Assembly: GCA_030704615.1 (NCBI GenBank) | Contig: CM060732.1 | Span: 44,454,001-44,518,000 of the forward strand | DNA from: Takakia lepidozioides | Lineage: Eukaryota > Plantae > Bryophyta | Reading direction: 5' to 3' | DNA: 64,000 nucleotides | Shown here: positions 1-11,728 of the stretch, in pieces | Layout: the number at the start of each line of letters is the position of its first letter | Position numbering within the stretch: position 1 is the first letter of the stretch | Made by a program: the position numbers and the translations under genes | Notes under the pieces: generated by a model | What the model was told of the DNA's origin: nothing | The model's input: the letters and a program-made list of their open reading frames with translations, nothing else | The model's database searches: none

Positions 1-1
1 T

Positions 2-418
2 AGAGAGGCACCTGGGTGGAGCTGCATTGAGGTGGGCAATATGATGCATACATTTGGTGTTGAAGACAAATTGCATCCACAACTTGAGGGAATCCATGCT
101 GAGCTGAAGAGATTGTTGGGGCAGATGAAAGAGGCTGGATACTTGCCTGACACACGCTTTGGGTTGCATGAGGTGGAGGAGGAGCAAAAGGAATCTTCTC
201 TTTTTGACCACAGTGAGAAGCTGGCCATTGCTTTTGGGCTCATCAGCACGCCCCCTGGGATGCCTATCCGCGTTATCAAGAACCTTCGGGTATGTGGTGA
301 TTGCCACACCACCGCCAAGTTCATCTCTAAGATTGTTGGACGAGTAGTTAGTGTAAGGGATGCCAACCACTTTCACCACTTCCATGATGGGGTCTGTTCT
401 TGTGGGGATTGTTGGTGA
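2..418 (+). CDS. 3' end of a PLS-class PPR-DYW RNA-editing factor (PG-box and DYW cytidine-deaminase domain); 5' part lies outside the window
   Basis: Frame from nt 2 reads [18 protein letters not shown]...AGYLPDT...[34 protein letters not shown]...[15 protein letters not shown]. The HxE and CxxC zinc motifs are intact; the terminal tripeptide is DCW. Confidence 0.93.
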   Translation, partial: REAPGWSCIEVGNMMHTFGVEDKLHPQLEGIHAELKRLLGQMKEAGYLPDTRFGLHEVEEEQKESSLFDHSEKLAIAFGLISTPPGMPIRVIKNLRVCGDCHTTAKFISKIVGRVVSVRDANHFHHFHDGVCSCGDCW

Positions 419-2929
419 AACGAGTACAAGCATGCAGCAAGTGCAGTGCTACAAAACGTGGCACGGAAAGGTCAAAACTCATAGTTTGACTGGAAAGTGA
501 CGATAGTTTTCAAGTCGATACTTGCGTGACATAACTTGTCTCACCATCTGTGAGTGTCGGTACGCAGTTTCTGAGAGCTGTCCATGCTGATGATCACAAT
601 CCAAGCAGCGGTAAGTCGCATACACCCTGATGGTGCATTTGTCGACCTGAATACAGTCCTTAAGTTACAGGGGTTGTGTTGCACCTACAGAAGTTTAACA
701 AGGGATCCCAAGAAGATTGAGATACTGGGTGTACAGTGGATGCATCCGGATTGTTGCTGGCTGTGTGTCAACTACAGCATTAACAGGATGAGTGCCTGTC
801 TGCATGAGAAGAGGATTCTTTGAAGTACCTTGGGGCTGTAAGTATTTGTCTCTAAGTTACTCATGCAGGATGGCAGGGTTGAATCAGGCAACAATTGGTT
901 GTTGGACATCAGTCTGCCAATAGGTGTAGCACCACTGGAAGAGCCCTCAGGAACTAGGCCAGTCGGCAAAAACAAGGAACTGGGAAGGATCTCTTGGCTG
1001 ACATACATGCCCCTAGCTGAAAGCCCATGGCAGCCACCCCAGCTGCCTGACCTCTCTAAATTTAGCCTCATGGTTGCAGTTGTTGGCGTCCCATATGCAG
1101 GTAGTAGCTTGAGCTCTAAATCCTACAACTCTTTGGTTGTCCATTGACATGGAGGAAAATAACTACATTTGCTGTTGAACGATGGACGCATCCACATCGG
1201 CAGTCCATAAGAACAGTGAAATTTGAAACTTCGAATTAAAAATTGGCCCGTTAAATGAGTGAAAGGTACAGGAGTTTGGTCTCATGGGAAAGTCAACCAA
1301 GAAAATACATTAGCTAAACTTCAACTGCCTGAGAGCTGAGAAATGGCCCAAATGGACATGATCTATTCGCCTAGATCAAGATGTCCGGCATGACTTCAGG
1401 TGCAAGCCTGTGAGCCAGTGCTTTGAAATCATGCATGTTTTGCGGGGCTTGTGGAGATCAGTGACGAGCAGGTAGGTGTTAATTGTAGGTTCTATCACAA
1501 GACTCAGTTTCAGTAAATGCATATGTGATGCTTGGCTGTTAGAGATATCTGACATATGTTTAGTTGTTACGCAGGAAAGAAAATCTCTTCTATCGGTATA
1601 GCTGCTGCTGACAAAAAGGACTTTGACTGGTTTGCTAGGGAAGACTGCCGTGGCAAAGCAGCTGGAAGTTGAGTTTGGCGCTGTTCTCATTGAACTTGAG
1701 CTGGTTCTGGCCTCGGCTGTTGCTTTTGCTGCTGCTGGTATGATTCCTGCTCAGCCTTGATAGGGTTAGAATGATCATAAAATTAAGGTTCCTAACATCT
1801 TTTGAGATGAAACTGACAGCTCCATGCTTTCGAAACATGCGCTCTACTTGATGGGATAGGGGAAAGCCCCTCATTCCATGCTAATTAGCAGCGTCCTACA
1901 GATGGCCCAGTGGTTAGGGCACAAGTGTGTGTTGGATGTCACCCATTATGGCCAACTAAAAGGGGGGTAACTGGTTCAACCGGTTACTTCATGTGTGGGT
2001 ACCTAGGGACTTTGGAGTCCTTGGGGCAGGATTGGGCAACTGAGTTGCCCCGGATAGGGCCGTTAGAAGGTGTCCTCCTTCCATACAGAAGGCAGTAGCC
2101 CTTTGGGGTGAAGTGACACCGTAATTTACGCTTCCTTTGGCAAGAGTCTTCCTCTCTGCTAATTAGCAAGTCGAAATAGTTTGGAATTAGCTCCTCTAGC
2201 AGAATTTGGTGCCCTAAATAACATTTGTGTAGGCTCTCGGCATGTGAAACCTCAGGCCAAAGAATAAGTGGACATGCACCTGCTGCGGATCTCTCCATTC
2301 ATCACTAGGACTCAGCCCTGACATGAGCACACCCTTCACAAGCTAGTGCTACAGAATCCTTCAGATGATAGATGCACAGAACCACATGATATCTATGATC
2401 TTACAAATTGGATGTGGTTGATTATAAGGTGAGCGAGATGCTAGAAAGTTGCTACAGTAGCTATTGTTGCACATACAAGACATTCCAAGGTCTTCCTAGC
2501 CTCGCGACAGTTCCTCCGATACTTCTTGTCTGAAAACAGAGGAGGAGAAGCTTGAAGGTGAGCTGCTTGTTGAAGTCAAGAAGGTGGACCCTGTGCCAAA
2601 GGTGGTTCCACAGCAAGGAACTAAGCCATCAGATGTGGAGGTAGTCTTCCATGTTTTACCACAAATGGAACATGTATGAAATGCCTCAGTGTGGAATTGC
2701 TCGATAGACCAAACCAGCTGAACAGAATCTAAATGTATTCTCAGATATGTAACTCTTTATTTTTATGATGTCCTGGAGGCGTCATAAAAAATGTAATCAA
2801 CTGCCAATACACCTTTGCTATACACCAATGTGGAGTGGGTGTTTATGGTTAATAACCACCACTAGTTTTGAAAGAGGACTAAGATAGGGAGTCAACAAGA
2901 CCTCCTGGTAACTGTGGAAATGTGAGGAC

Positions 2930-3945
2930 ACTGTGTAAAGCAGGACACTTGGAAGAGGCCCTGCAGGTCTGAATCAACAGGGTTTTCAGGGAGTTTCTGA
3001 TACTTACGTCTGTGTCCTGCAGGGGTGCATAGAGATGAGGGGACTAGCAGAGGAAAAGCAGGTACATGCTCACATCATCCAAAATAGATTCAATCCCAAC
3101 ATCCTTCTGCTCAAGACCCTTGTCAATGTATGCCAAGTGTGGGAGTGTGATGGATGCATAAGTGTTCGACAAAATGCCTGAACGAGATATGTTTGCATGG
3201 AGTACAATGATAGCAGGATGTGCCAAGAATTGGTGTGGTAAGGATGCTGTCGAGATCTATGAGCAAATGCAGCAGGAAGGGGTGAGGCCTGACATTTGGA
3301 CATTCACTTGTGTTCCCAATGCGTGTGCTCACCTAAGAGCCTTGAAAATGGGCAAAGAGGTCCATGCAGACATCAGTTAAGCCAGACACATTCTTGAGAC
3401 TGCTCTTGCTGACATTCATTTGCGTACTCAATGTGATGTGCCAGTCTAGGAGTCCTGGAAAGAGATCCGTGCTGACATCATCAAAGCTGGACTGGTGTCA
3501 GATTGCTGGAGGATAGCTGTGTCGACATGTATGCCAAATGTGGAAGCCTGAAGGATGCACGTTAAGTTTTTGCAACATGGCTCGAGATGGGGTCTCAAGG
3601 AAGTCACTAATTACAGCATATGCCCCACCACTGTTGTGATAGGGGAGGGTTTCCAGACCTATGAGCAAATGCAATGGAATGGGGTCATGTCCCACAGGGT
3701 TGCATGCATTTGTGTTCTCAATGTGTGTGCACTCTGGAGAAGGGTAAAGAGGTTCATCCTCACATCCTCAAAGCTGGAATTGTATCATATATTACTTGGA
3801 GACAGCCCTCGCTGAAATGTATGACAAATGCAGGAGCATGAAGGATGCCCAGCAAGTGTTCGACAACATTGTTAAATGAGTTGTAGTCTCGTGGAGTGCA
3901 ACGATCACAGGGTATGGTCAGCATGGGCACGGTAGGGAGACCCTC
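2930..3945 (+). pseudogene. Degenerate PLS-type PPR relic
   Basis: PPR motif pieces lie in several frames (VFDKMPERDMFAWSTMIAGCAKN, EQMQQEGVRPDIWTFTCVPNACAHLRALKMGKEVHADI, MYAKCGSLKDA) and are broken by frameshifts and stops. Confidence 0.85.
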
Positions 3946-4152
3946 CAACTATCAGACTCAGATTTGGTTTCCTTGCGCAAACCCTAGCCTGGGTCCTTAC
4001 ACCGGACAAATAATCTTTTTAAGAATAAAAACTCTAGACTTTGAAATATGTTCTGTGGGTCTGGATGGTATTGCTGAGTAGATAACCTGCTAAATATTAA
4101 ACCTGAAATCGCCTGTTTGCCTCTCGTTGCCGTCCTTCTTTTGTGCAATCAG

Positions 4153-5906
4153 CAAAGCTTATCCACCTCTGCGATAATGGGGGTGAGTAATCTCTTGGAA
4201 TTTTTGTGTTGAACCAATGCTTTATTGCACTGTTGCCTTTGCATGATATGTTTGTAGATTAGCTTCTACATCCTGCTGCAATGACCTCATACATGTGTTT
4301 GACTAGGCTGATCTCCCCTTTCGCCTTGTGAGCAGAGAAGTGGAATTCTTCAGCTTTGTAGTCTCATTGCTCTAAGCTGATCTATTGTCTGTGGTGTTGT
4401 TTTTCTTGGACCTAGATCACGCAAACTGCATCATGGATCAACTTCGGCCGTATTTACTCGGATTACTTACAGGTCCACCTACAGGTGCTTTCCAGTAACG
4501 TGCCCAGTGGTCTGGTTGCAGTCATCAAATGCTATAGACTATAATCATGCGGAGCTGCAAATCTCTCTGACTTTCCTTCTAATACCATGATGCATCTGTG
4601 GCTCTGTGGCTCGTGGCCTTGTAGCTTTGCTCTTAAAGAGTGGATGAGATGTTTGATAGTAGAAGCTTCAACCTGCAGTCAATGGCATTGAGTGGTCTTG
4701 CTTAGCTTCCTTAATTATGCTCACTGCATGTGGGACCCACCACATTGACGATATCCACATAGATCAGGTGTGCGCTCCACAAACTTGGGGTGGTTGAAGG
4801 TCTGTTTAAGGAGGCACCACCGACAATAGATCACCGACCCACCAGCATTAGACCACTGACCAGTGCACTAACTACTGACCACTGCACAACTGGTCAGTGC
4901 AAAATATTGCAACCCTTAGATGCACCAATCTAATAGATCACCGACCAGTGCAGCATTAGATTGGTGCATCTAAGGGTTGCAATATTTTATTCTGTCTGTG
5001 GTGTGCAGGATTAGCCTCTAGACAGCGCATCATGTATTGTTGCAGTTTTTCTCTGTTTGCAGGATCAAATGTATGTGTCTCATCCTTTCAGAGGCACACA
5101 CATATAACGTGGGCCTCTGTATGTTCTAATCTCTATGCAGAAGGGACACCTGGAAGTAGATCTGAGCCACAGAGGGATGGGATTCTTGTGCAATCAATAC
5201 CTGAGGTTCCAAGTAAATAACAGTAGTTACATGCAATATACTCTAGAAAGCTCTTCTTGAGGCCCATTTTCAAGATTTTCTGGAATGTGATTGTTTCTTT
5301 TAGCTGGACACACATACAGTTTCAGACAGCCTAACAATTCTGAAGCAGAAGGATTTATATCAAGGCTTGGCAAACAGAGAACAAGTAAGGTTCCCTGTTT
5401 CTGGATAGGTTCAAACATTTTCCTAGAGTTATGTATCCATTTGAAGTTTGGCCCTTGGAAAGAATGGAAGCCTGCGACATGTAGGACCTCTATCACCATT
5501 TTTTGATCATGTACTTTTTTGAAATAGTTAACCTGTCTTCCTTCAGGTCAGACTTGTAACCAGTGGTAGCCCAAGGAACAGAGCATGGACCATGAGGGAG
5601 CAGTTGTCAAATGCTTATGCGAGGGATGAGATGCAACGGTGAGCATTTGTCCACCCGCAGTGGGAGCTGCTTGAGCAAAGGCAAAGAGTGCCGAGCATCC
5701 ATAGAGACAGCTTCTTCTGTAACAATATATGTGGGGCCGATTCTGCGAAGGCAAACACCAGAGTGGGGGGTGTTCTCTTCACAAATGTCTTTGGGGCACA
5801 GTCAAGCTCACGGAGGACAACAAGCAAGGCAAATTCATTTCACTGCCTAACCTTGATGTCAGTGTGCACGGATTACCTTGGTACACCACGGCTATTGGGC
5901 CTTTGA
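4153..5906 (+). pseudogene. Putative multi-exon gene or relic of unknown family
   Basis: GT-AG-bounded candidate exons 4153-4182, 4416-4472, 5009-5070, 5141-5212, 5304-5384 and 5547 onward join in one frame (KLIHLCDNGDHANCIMDQLRPYLLGLLTGLASRQRIMYCC...KGHLEVDLSHRGMGFLCNQYLRFQLDTHTVSDSLTILKQKDLYQGLANREQVRLVTSGSPR...DEMQR*). An alternative frame is also open across 5141-5384. Confidence 0.35.
4901..4988. repeat. Perfect 34-bp inverted repeat with 20-nt loop
   Basis: aaaatattgcaacccttagatgcaccaatctaat (4901-4934) is the exact reverse complement of 4955-4988. Confidence 0.95.
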
Positions 5907-6275
5907 AGCGCCTTATACGAATTTGTAAGAGTTGAGAGGTGATATGGGTGTCATCCTTTCCAAAAAGGAACTCTTCTGAAAAAGAGTATGGAGAGAGTCA
6001 GGCCCGTATGCATTGCATGGTGCGGTCAGATCGTGATTGAAGCATTCTGAGCAGCTGTCAGTCTACTATCACGCAGTGTCCTTTGTATCACGACAAAGGT
6101 ACTTCACACGTGAATAAAGCGCACAAAAGCCAACAAAGTGCTGCAGTCATTTATGGATGAGACTGCCATAGCCCCGCTGTGAAATCCGCACGTGCAGGAG
6201 TAAACGGTTAAAAAGAAGAGTGACGTGTAGTAACAAGTGGCGTGTAGGGCGGGTGCCACGTGTGCTACGGCAGTC

Positions 6276-6555
6276 AGTGATCGCTTTTTAAATTTGGAAA
6301 ATAACAGGAGTGGCTAGTCAGGTTTGCTAGAAAATAGCAATATTTTCTGTTCATCAACTGAAATTTGGATAGAATCATCCTCCTCTGTACTTTCATCAAA
6401 GTATATCATCCCTATTTAGAAAATTCGTTCATAATTTGTACTGTACATAGAATTTGTTTTGCGATTTCATCCATGAGAAAACAGGGAATTTACGACAAAA
6501 TATTCCATTTTATTTTCTGAGGTATTGTGAAATTTTGCCAGAAATAAAAACACTG
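6276..6555. mobile_element. Diverged copy of the hAT-type MITE at 7466-7735
   Basis: Shares gcgatttca.ccatg..aaaacagggaattt.cgaca.aatatt with the 7466 copy and ends in aataaaaacactg. No TSD is recognisable and the left end is approximate. Confidence 0.65.
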
Positions 6556-7465
6556 CGCCCTACCCGCCACTGCTAGTGTCGCGCTCCCGGGTTCAATTCT
6601 TGCAAGCAAGGGGACAAAAATTAAAACCCTTGAGAAGGCACAGATGCTAAAGGGATCAAGGAGGGACACCATGTATGTGAGCAAGGGGGCAAGCCCTTAA
6701 GAACAAAACCTCCCAAACAAGCAGAAGTGAAGTCAAGAGGAGAAATACGTACCCCAAATCGTCAAAATTAAAACCGGCTAAAGGAGGGTGGACATATGGA
6801 CTCTGTCTGTATATGAGTCCCACACATGGTTGCCCCAACTTGACAAAGTTTCTAGATGGAACTGATGATGCTGCAAAGGTGGCTCAAGAAGAGTCAAGAT
6901 TGTGAGGGGTAGTTGGTTGGCTGGTGTAGTTAGAGAGGGCCATAGGTGCAAGGAAGAGGGAGAGCTGCAACCAAGATGACACTGTCAAGATGAGGCCAAC
7001 TAAGTACGTACAGTGATATCTCAGGTTATTACAAGGAACTGCCTCATTCCTTAATACACGTGGCCTTCCTACATAAGCCCCCACTCTAATTCCTGGGCCG
7101 CAGCAATTCGTGGACCACTCTAGAATGAACAAGGCCAGAATGAAACTGCTCTACATATTATGATAAATAAATGTATGCATGCCCCATAGAGGTGCGCAGT
7201 TAAGCATGGAGTGGCATAAACCCTAAACCTGGCTATTGCTCAAAGGAGCACATGGCTATTAATGCATACCCCAGCCAAGTTTGGCGAAGGTTCTAGAGTA
7301 GAGGGAGTACCAGAGGAGCAGTGTGGTAGTGGTTCGATTGCCGGCTTGTGGCTGCGCTGCAAAGTACCATAGGTACAACGGTGGTAGAGGCTTGTGGGGG
7401 GTGGGGGGGGGGGGGAAAGCAATGAGGACCAGCAGGAGGAGGGAGGTCCAGGGAGGTCTAGGGAG

Positions 7466-7735
7466 CAGTGTTTTTATTAAGGAATTTGGAAAACAGCACG
7501 AGTGGCTACAGAGTTTTGCAAAAAATAACGGTACATTCTGCTCATCCACTGAATTTCATCCATTTATGTACTTCAATCCATTTATATCATCCATGTTTTG
7601 GCAAATTCATCCATAATTTATTTTTTATTTGGAGAAATTTGGCGATTTCAACCATGAAAAAACAGGGAATTTGCGACAGAATATTATTTTTTGAGGTCGA
7701 AATCTGGCGAAAATTCGCCAATAAAAAAAACGCTG
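7466..7735. mobile_element. hAT-type non-autonomous element (MITE), 270 bp
   Basis: Termini CAGTGTTTTTATT...AATAAAAAAAACGCTG form an imperfect TIR, flanked by a perfect 8-bp TSD CTAGGGAG (7458-7465 and 7736-7743). Confidence 0.85.
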
Positions 7736-7881
7736 CTAGGGAGGCTTCTTACGGTCAAAACCCAAAACAGTCAAAACTGTTGTAGTTGAAAGTTTTGTAG
7801 TTGATTTCATACTATATATTCTTTATGTCCCCCAGTAAGAGTGGTTGGCCACGAACATGAGGGTGTGAAGCTTTAAAGCTA

Positions 7882-8916
7882 TGTTATAGAGGGGATTCTA
7901 TCAAAATGGCGAGTTATATGTGTGTATACATTTATTATTATGTTGCAAGAACTAGATCTGCCCAAAATGGGGATTGGTATGGTGTGAGCACACAACAAGC
8001 ACAAACGGCATGAGCACAAAAAAACGAAGCAGGATCCACAGTTATAGAAGTTATAGAGGTGATATGTATGTCAGCGGAAATACAGATAACAGACAGACAT
8101 AGGGTCTTTCTGCAGTAATAGGGTCTACATAGTGTCTAAATATTAGTTTAAACATATAGAAGGAGCTTGAAAGAGACAAACCTTTAACAAAAAATTTAAG
8201 AAAAAATCCAATTTCAGCGATGAAACCCATGTTTTTGCTGGCAGAAAACCCATGTGTTTGCATTTTGCTGGCGAAATCCATGTTTTGGGCGGTTCTTGGG
8301 GATGTTCTACACACAATGTTTTGCCAAATGGAGCCACATTGTTTACTCTCAAGGACCTTTGAGATCTGGCAGATATATTTGTGGATCTTTGGCCCACCCC
8401 CGAAAAGGGGCAGTGGCAAAATGGCTATTAGTTATGCCGGCTTTGGCAGGAGTCTTCTCTCTTCTCTCTCCCTCTTGGTCTTTGTGCTCACGTGAGTTAA
8501 GTTTGGACGAATAATTTCATAAGTTTTTTCGCTTGAGCACAATATTCAGATAGTTTTTTATTTTCTTTCGCATGAGCACATTTTGGTTTCACTACAGCAT
8601 ATTCTCCGGATTATTGGGGAATATGCAAAATATGCCTTTGTGCTCGCCTGAGCATGCTCACCAAGCTACCCAACCTCCCCAAAATTACAACGGAGATTAT
8701 TATACTCCATTACGACGCCACAGGAGTCTCCACCGATTCTATAAAGGATTCGAGGAGAATATACCCTTAATAGACTTGAGTGGATATGTCTGCAAGGGAG
8801 AAGGACCAGCCATAAAAATCCCTACCTAGGTAACCGCCCATACAGCGGAGAGCCACAGAGCTGATTTCTGATGAGTGGCAGATCCCTTTATAGAATAATA
8901 AAACAATAAAATAACA
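7882..8916. mobile_element. Possible degenerate solo-LTR or dispersed repeat
   Basis: Termini are TGTTAT...ATAACA with flanks agcta/agcct (3/5 match). Segment 8394-8465 resembles 46946-47022, and that copy also begins TGTTATAGA at 46858. Confidence 0.35.
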
Positions 8917-9984
8917 AGCCTCAAATTGCTCTTGCTCTCTCGTGGCAAAACATAAAAGGCAGGGAAGACAGGGGGCGTGACTCAGCACACCACACCACAC
9001 CACACCAATCATAGCCTTGACACGTTGTAAGGTACTTTGACCACATTTTCTTCTTTAACTTGACCTGTCCGTTGACTTCAAGATGCCAATGCGTAGTCTC
9101 TCTCCGCGATCCCAAGCCAGTAAAAAACCAATAAAAAATTTATTGGTAGGCCTAACGTCATTGTCACACGATGTATGCCAGCCACGATGAGTACGCCAAA
9201 TGACACGTAGACAAAAAAGAGTAGGTGTGGATGAAACTCATTATGAATCATGTGGATGTGGATGAGGCCCCAAAGCTAGATATGAGCTGAGCCTTCGGCC
9301 CAGTGCAATGGGTGACTTGTTACCACAGGTCAATCTCCCCTTGTTTCATACCTCTGATCACAAGTCAGTGGTGACCGTTGTGGACCCATAACAATAGGTT
9401 TAGCCGGTTGTAAGGAGGTACCTTGGGCCAAAAGATACTTTAAAAGGCATCTTATGTACATCACAAAATACCGAATGGAGCTCGCTTAACTTATTACTCA
9501 TGGCCTTTCCATGGCCTCACATATCCCAGTGGATGTGTATGGTAGCCCCTATATGCAAGAGGATCAGTTTTCAGGTTTTTTGAGGGTGTTGATGTTCATG
9601 GGAACAAAGGATGGAGAAGCATGCTTGCAATTTTCTTTTGAAAGAGTGCGACTGTTGGCATCTGCTTGAATTGTTTTCAGAATAAAGACATGCTCACTTT
9701 CAAGAATTTGAACATATTGGACAGTTAGTAACTCCTCTACTTAGAGATGGTGACTTGCACATGTTTGCTTGCTCAGTTAGGTCGATACAAGTTAAATTAG
9801 AAGAAAAATGGTATGGAATTACAACTGATAGCATGAATTTGGTGCAATGGAAAGCTCTTACAAGTAGCTTTGTCTTTGTAGCAATGGCAACCCTGCAATG
9901 GACCCAAAGCCTAACCCAGGTTGCCGGCCCATGACTGGTAACATTGTAAATCACAATCTGTTACGAATGTTAAGAGATCCCTAC

Positions 9985-10150
9985 ATGCCCATGAAGTAGC
10001 CGAGAGAGATGGTGGCAAGAGAGAGGCCCATGCAAGTGCTTCGTGTGCTATATGCAGGCCTGCTCATGATCATAGAAGAATTCCAGCACACCGATATCAG
10101 CGATCCCAACGGTAGAAGCGTTGTGGGAGAAGCCAGAAAATACTCATATA
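9985..10150 (-). pseudogene. Fragment of an NPF transporter last exon
   Basis: Matches 14165-14325 at DNA level (gatcatagaagaattccagcacacc; aagccagaaaat.ctcat; aagtagcc.agagagatggtgg). It encodes MSIFWLLPQ...LATISLGYFM with indels. Confidence 0.85.
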
Positions 10151-10156
10151 ACCAAT

Positions 10157-10419
10157 GCCGAATTCTCGAGCGAAAACACTGATATCTCGGTGAGGGCCTG
10201 GGCCTTCGGTAGCTCGTTCGGTAGCCGGATTCTCGAGAGAAATTTGATACTGATATCTCGGTGAGGGCCTCGGGCACGCCGAATTCTCGAGCGAAAACTG
10301 ATATCTGGGTGAGGGCCTTCGGTTGCCGAATTCTCGAGAGAAGAAACTGATACTGATATCTCGGTGAGGGCCTCGGGCACTCCAAATTCTCGAGCGAAAA
10401 CTGATATCTTGGTGAGGCC
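10157..10419. repeat. GC-rich minisatellite, 5 units of ~40-65 bp with alternating long and short units
   Basis: Recurring core ttctcgag(c/a)gaaa..ctgatatct(c/g/t)ggtgagg(g)cc. Confidence 0.9.
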
Positions 10420-11728
10420 ATAAAGCAAATGGATCCAAGTTTGCAGTATTGTAATCAGTGGTTTAGTAATGTGGAACCGCTGTGGGCTGCTGGGGATTCC
10501 GGCCCGGCCTCGGTTGTATTTCCGGGAAGCCTGACTCCCCAGCAGCCCTTTGTACGTTCCACTGCACAATCCATTTCAGCCGCAGGATCAGATTACCGCA
10601 TGATCAACTTATCATCCGCACCGTCCATTTATTAAAAATGAATTTTAGAAATCTACTCACTAATGACTCTAAAATTACCATTACCATTGCAAAGTACCAT
10701 TACACAATGGTACTTTGCCCTAATGTCGTGGAATCGTGGGGTGTTTCCTTCGTGGGTCCCAACGGTACTTTCGCTAAGTAAATTATAATTTCTGATGTGT
10801 CCCAATCTTTTTTTTTTTCATATTTCCAAAATCGCTGGCGGGGCCAGCTGTGAATTCCACCCAGTGCCCATGTGGCGAGAATATCGAGGTGACAAAGTTA
10901 AAAACGTGGCTATATTCCAGGTGCCACGTTATTATTGGTCCACGTTGGAAAAATTAGGCTCCTGAAATTTATCTCCAGGTGCTTTTTGGCAAAAATCTCA
11001 GATTTTACCCCCCATAATTCCGAGTTTCCAGGTCGAAATCTGGCGATTTTTTGCAGGGAAGAAAAACACTCCCAGTTTTACCTCTCGTGTTTTACCTTTC
11101 TACTTTGCTCGTCTGCCGGAAAACAAATTACCATATTGGTGGATGCCAGGGTGCACGTCCACCGCCCGAGTGATCCCGGGGTCGTATTACCAGCACTCCA
11201 TCATTTGCGGCGAGAGGAAGATAAAAGGGGCTCATTGCACACAGAGAAGAGAGGGAGGAGCTGTGCCTGCAGAGCAAGGGTGGTTGCAGTCGCCGAGTCT
11301 CGTTGGGGTGGAGCGGAGGGAGAAGACCAGTGCAACAGATCGTCAAGTGCGCAACAGATCGTAAGTAAGCGGTTACGACATGCCGATGATGCAAGCAGAT
11401 TCGGTGTCTAAGAGAAAGGAGAGGACCAGTGATGATGACTCCAGCTGGTAAGTGATTAGCTTGGTCCGCATGGGTCGTTCTGCTCAAGGTAGCATACTTT
11501 GTTTGCATGTTCTGGATTGAATTTTGTTGTCAGATTGATATACATTGTTCTGTGGATTAGTTGGTAGCACCTAGGCTAATCAGTACTGCTACACTCTTGC
11601 AGAGGTTTATCTTGAGCATTAACGACTACTCAAGCATATTGAATTTCAGAGAGCTCAACAGAAGTCCCATTGAGCGTTCCGCATGTACAGTTCTGTTTTC
11701 CTTCACTGTATCTATGGTGCAGAGAAGA

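Noticed and set aside
584-1147. ORFs 584-823 and 863-1147 as genes
   Set aside because: No recognisable domain or convincing exon chain; a faint resemblance to known enzymes was too weak to support.
6577-6610. B-box-like gggttcaattc as a tRNA
   Set aside because: No cloverleaf or A-box could be built around it.
7218-7230. Telomere-like aaaccctaaacc motifs (also near 35163, 46308 and 63418)
   Set aside because: One or two units only, as expected by chance or as ordinary telo-boxes.
10157-10419. Minisatellite as a CRISPR-like array
   Set aside because: There are no unique spacers (the inter-core sequences are themselves repeated), no cas genes, and the context is eukaryotic.
9981-10569. Three overlapping minus-strand ORFs of 113-146 aa
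   Set aside because: They are open only because they run through the stop-poor minisatellite.
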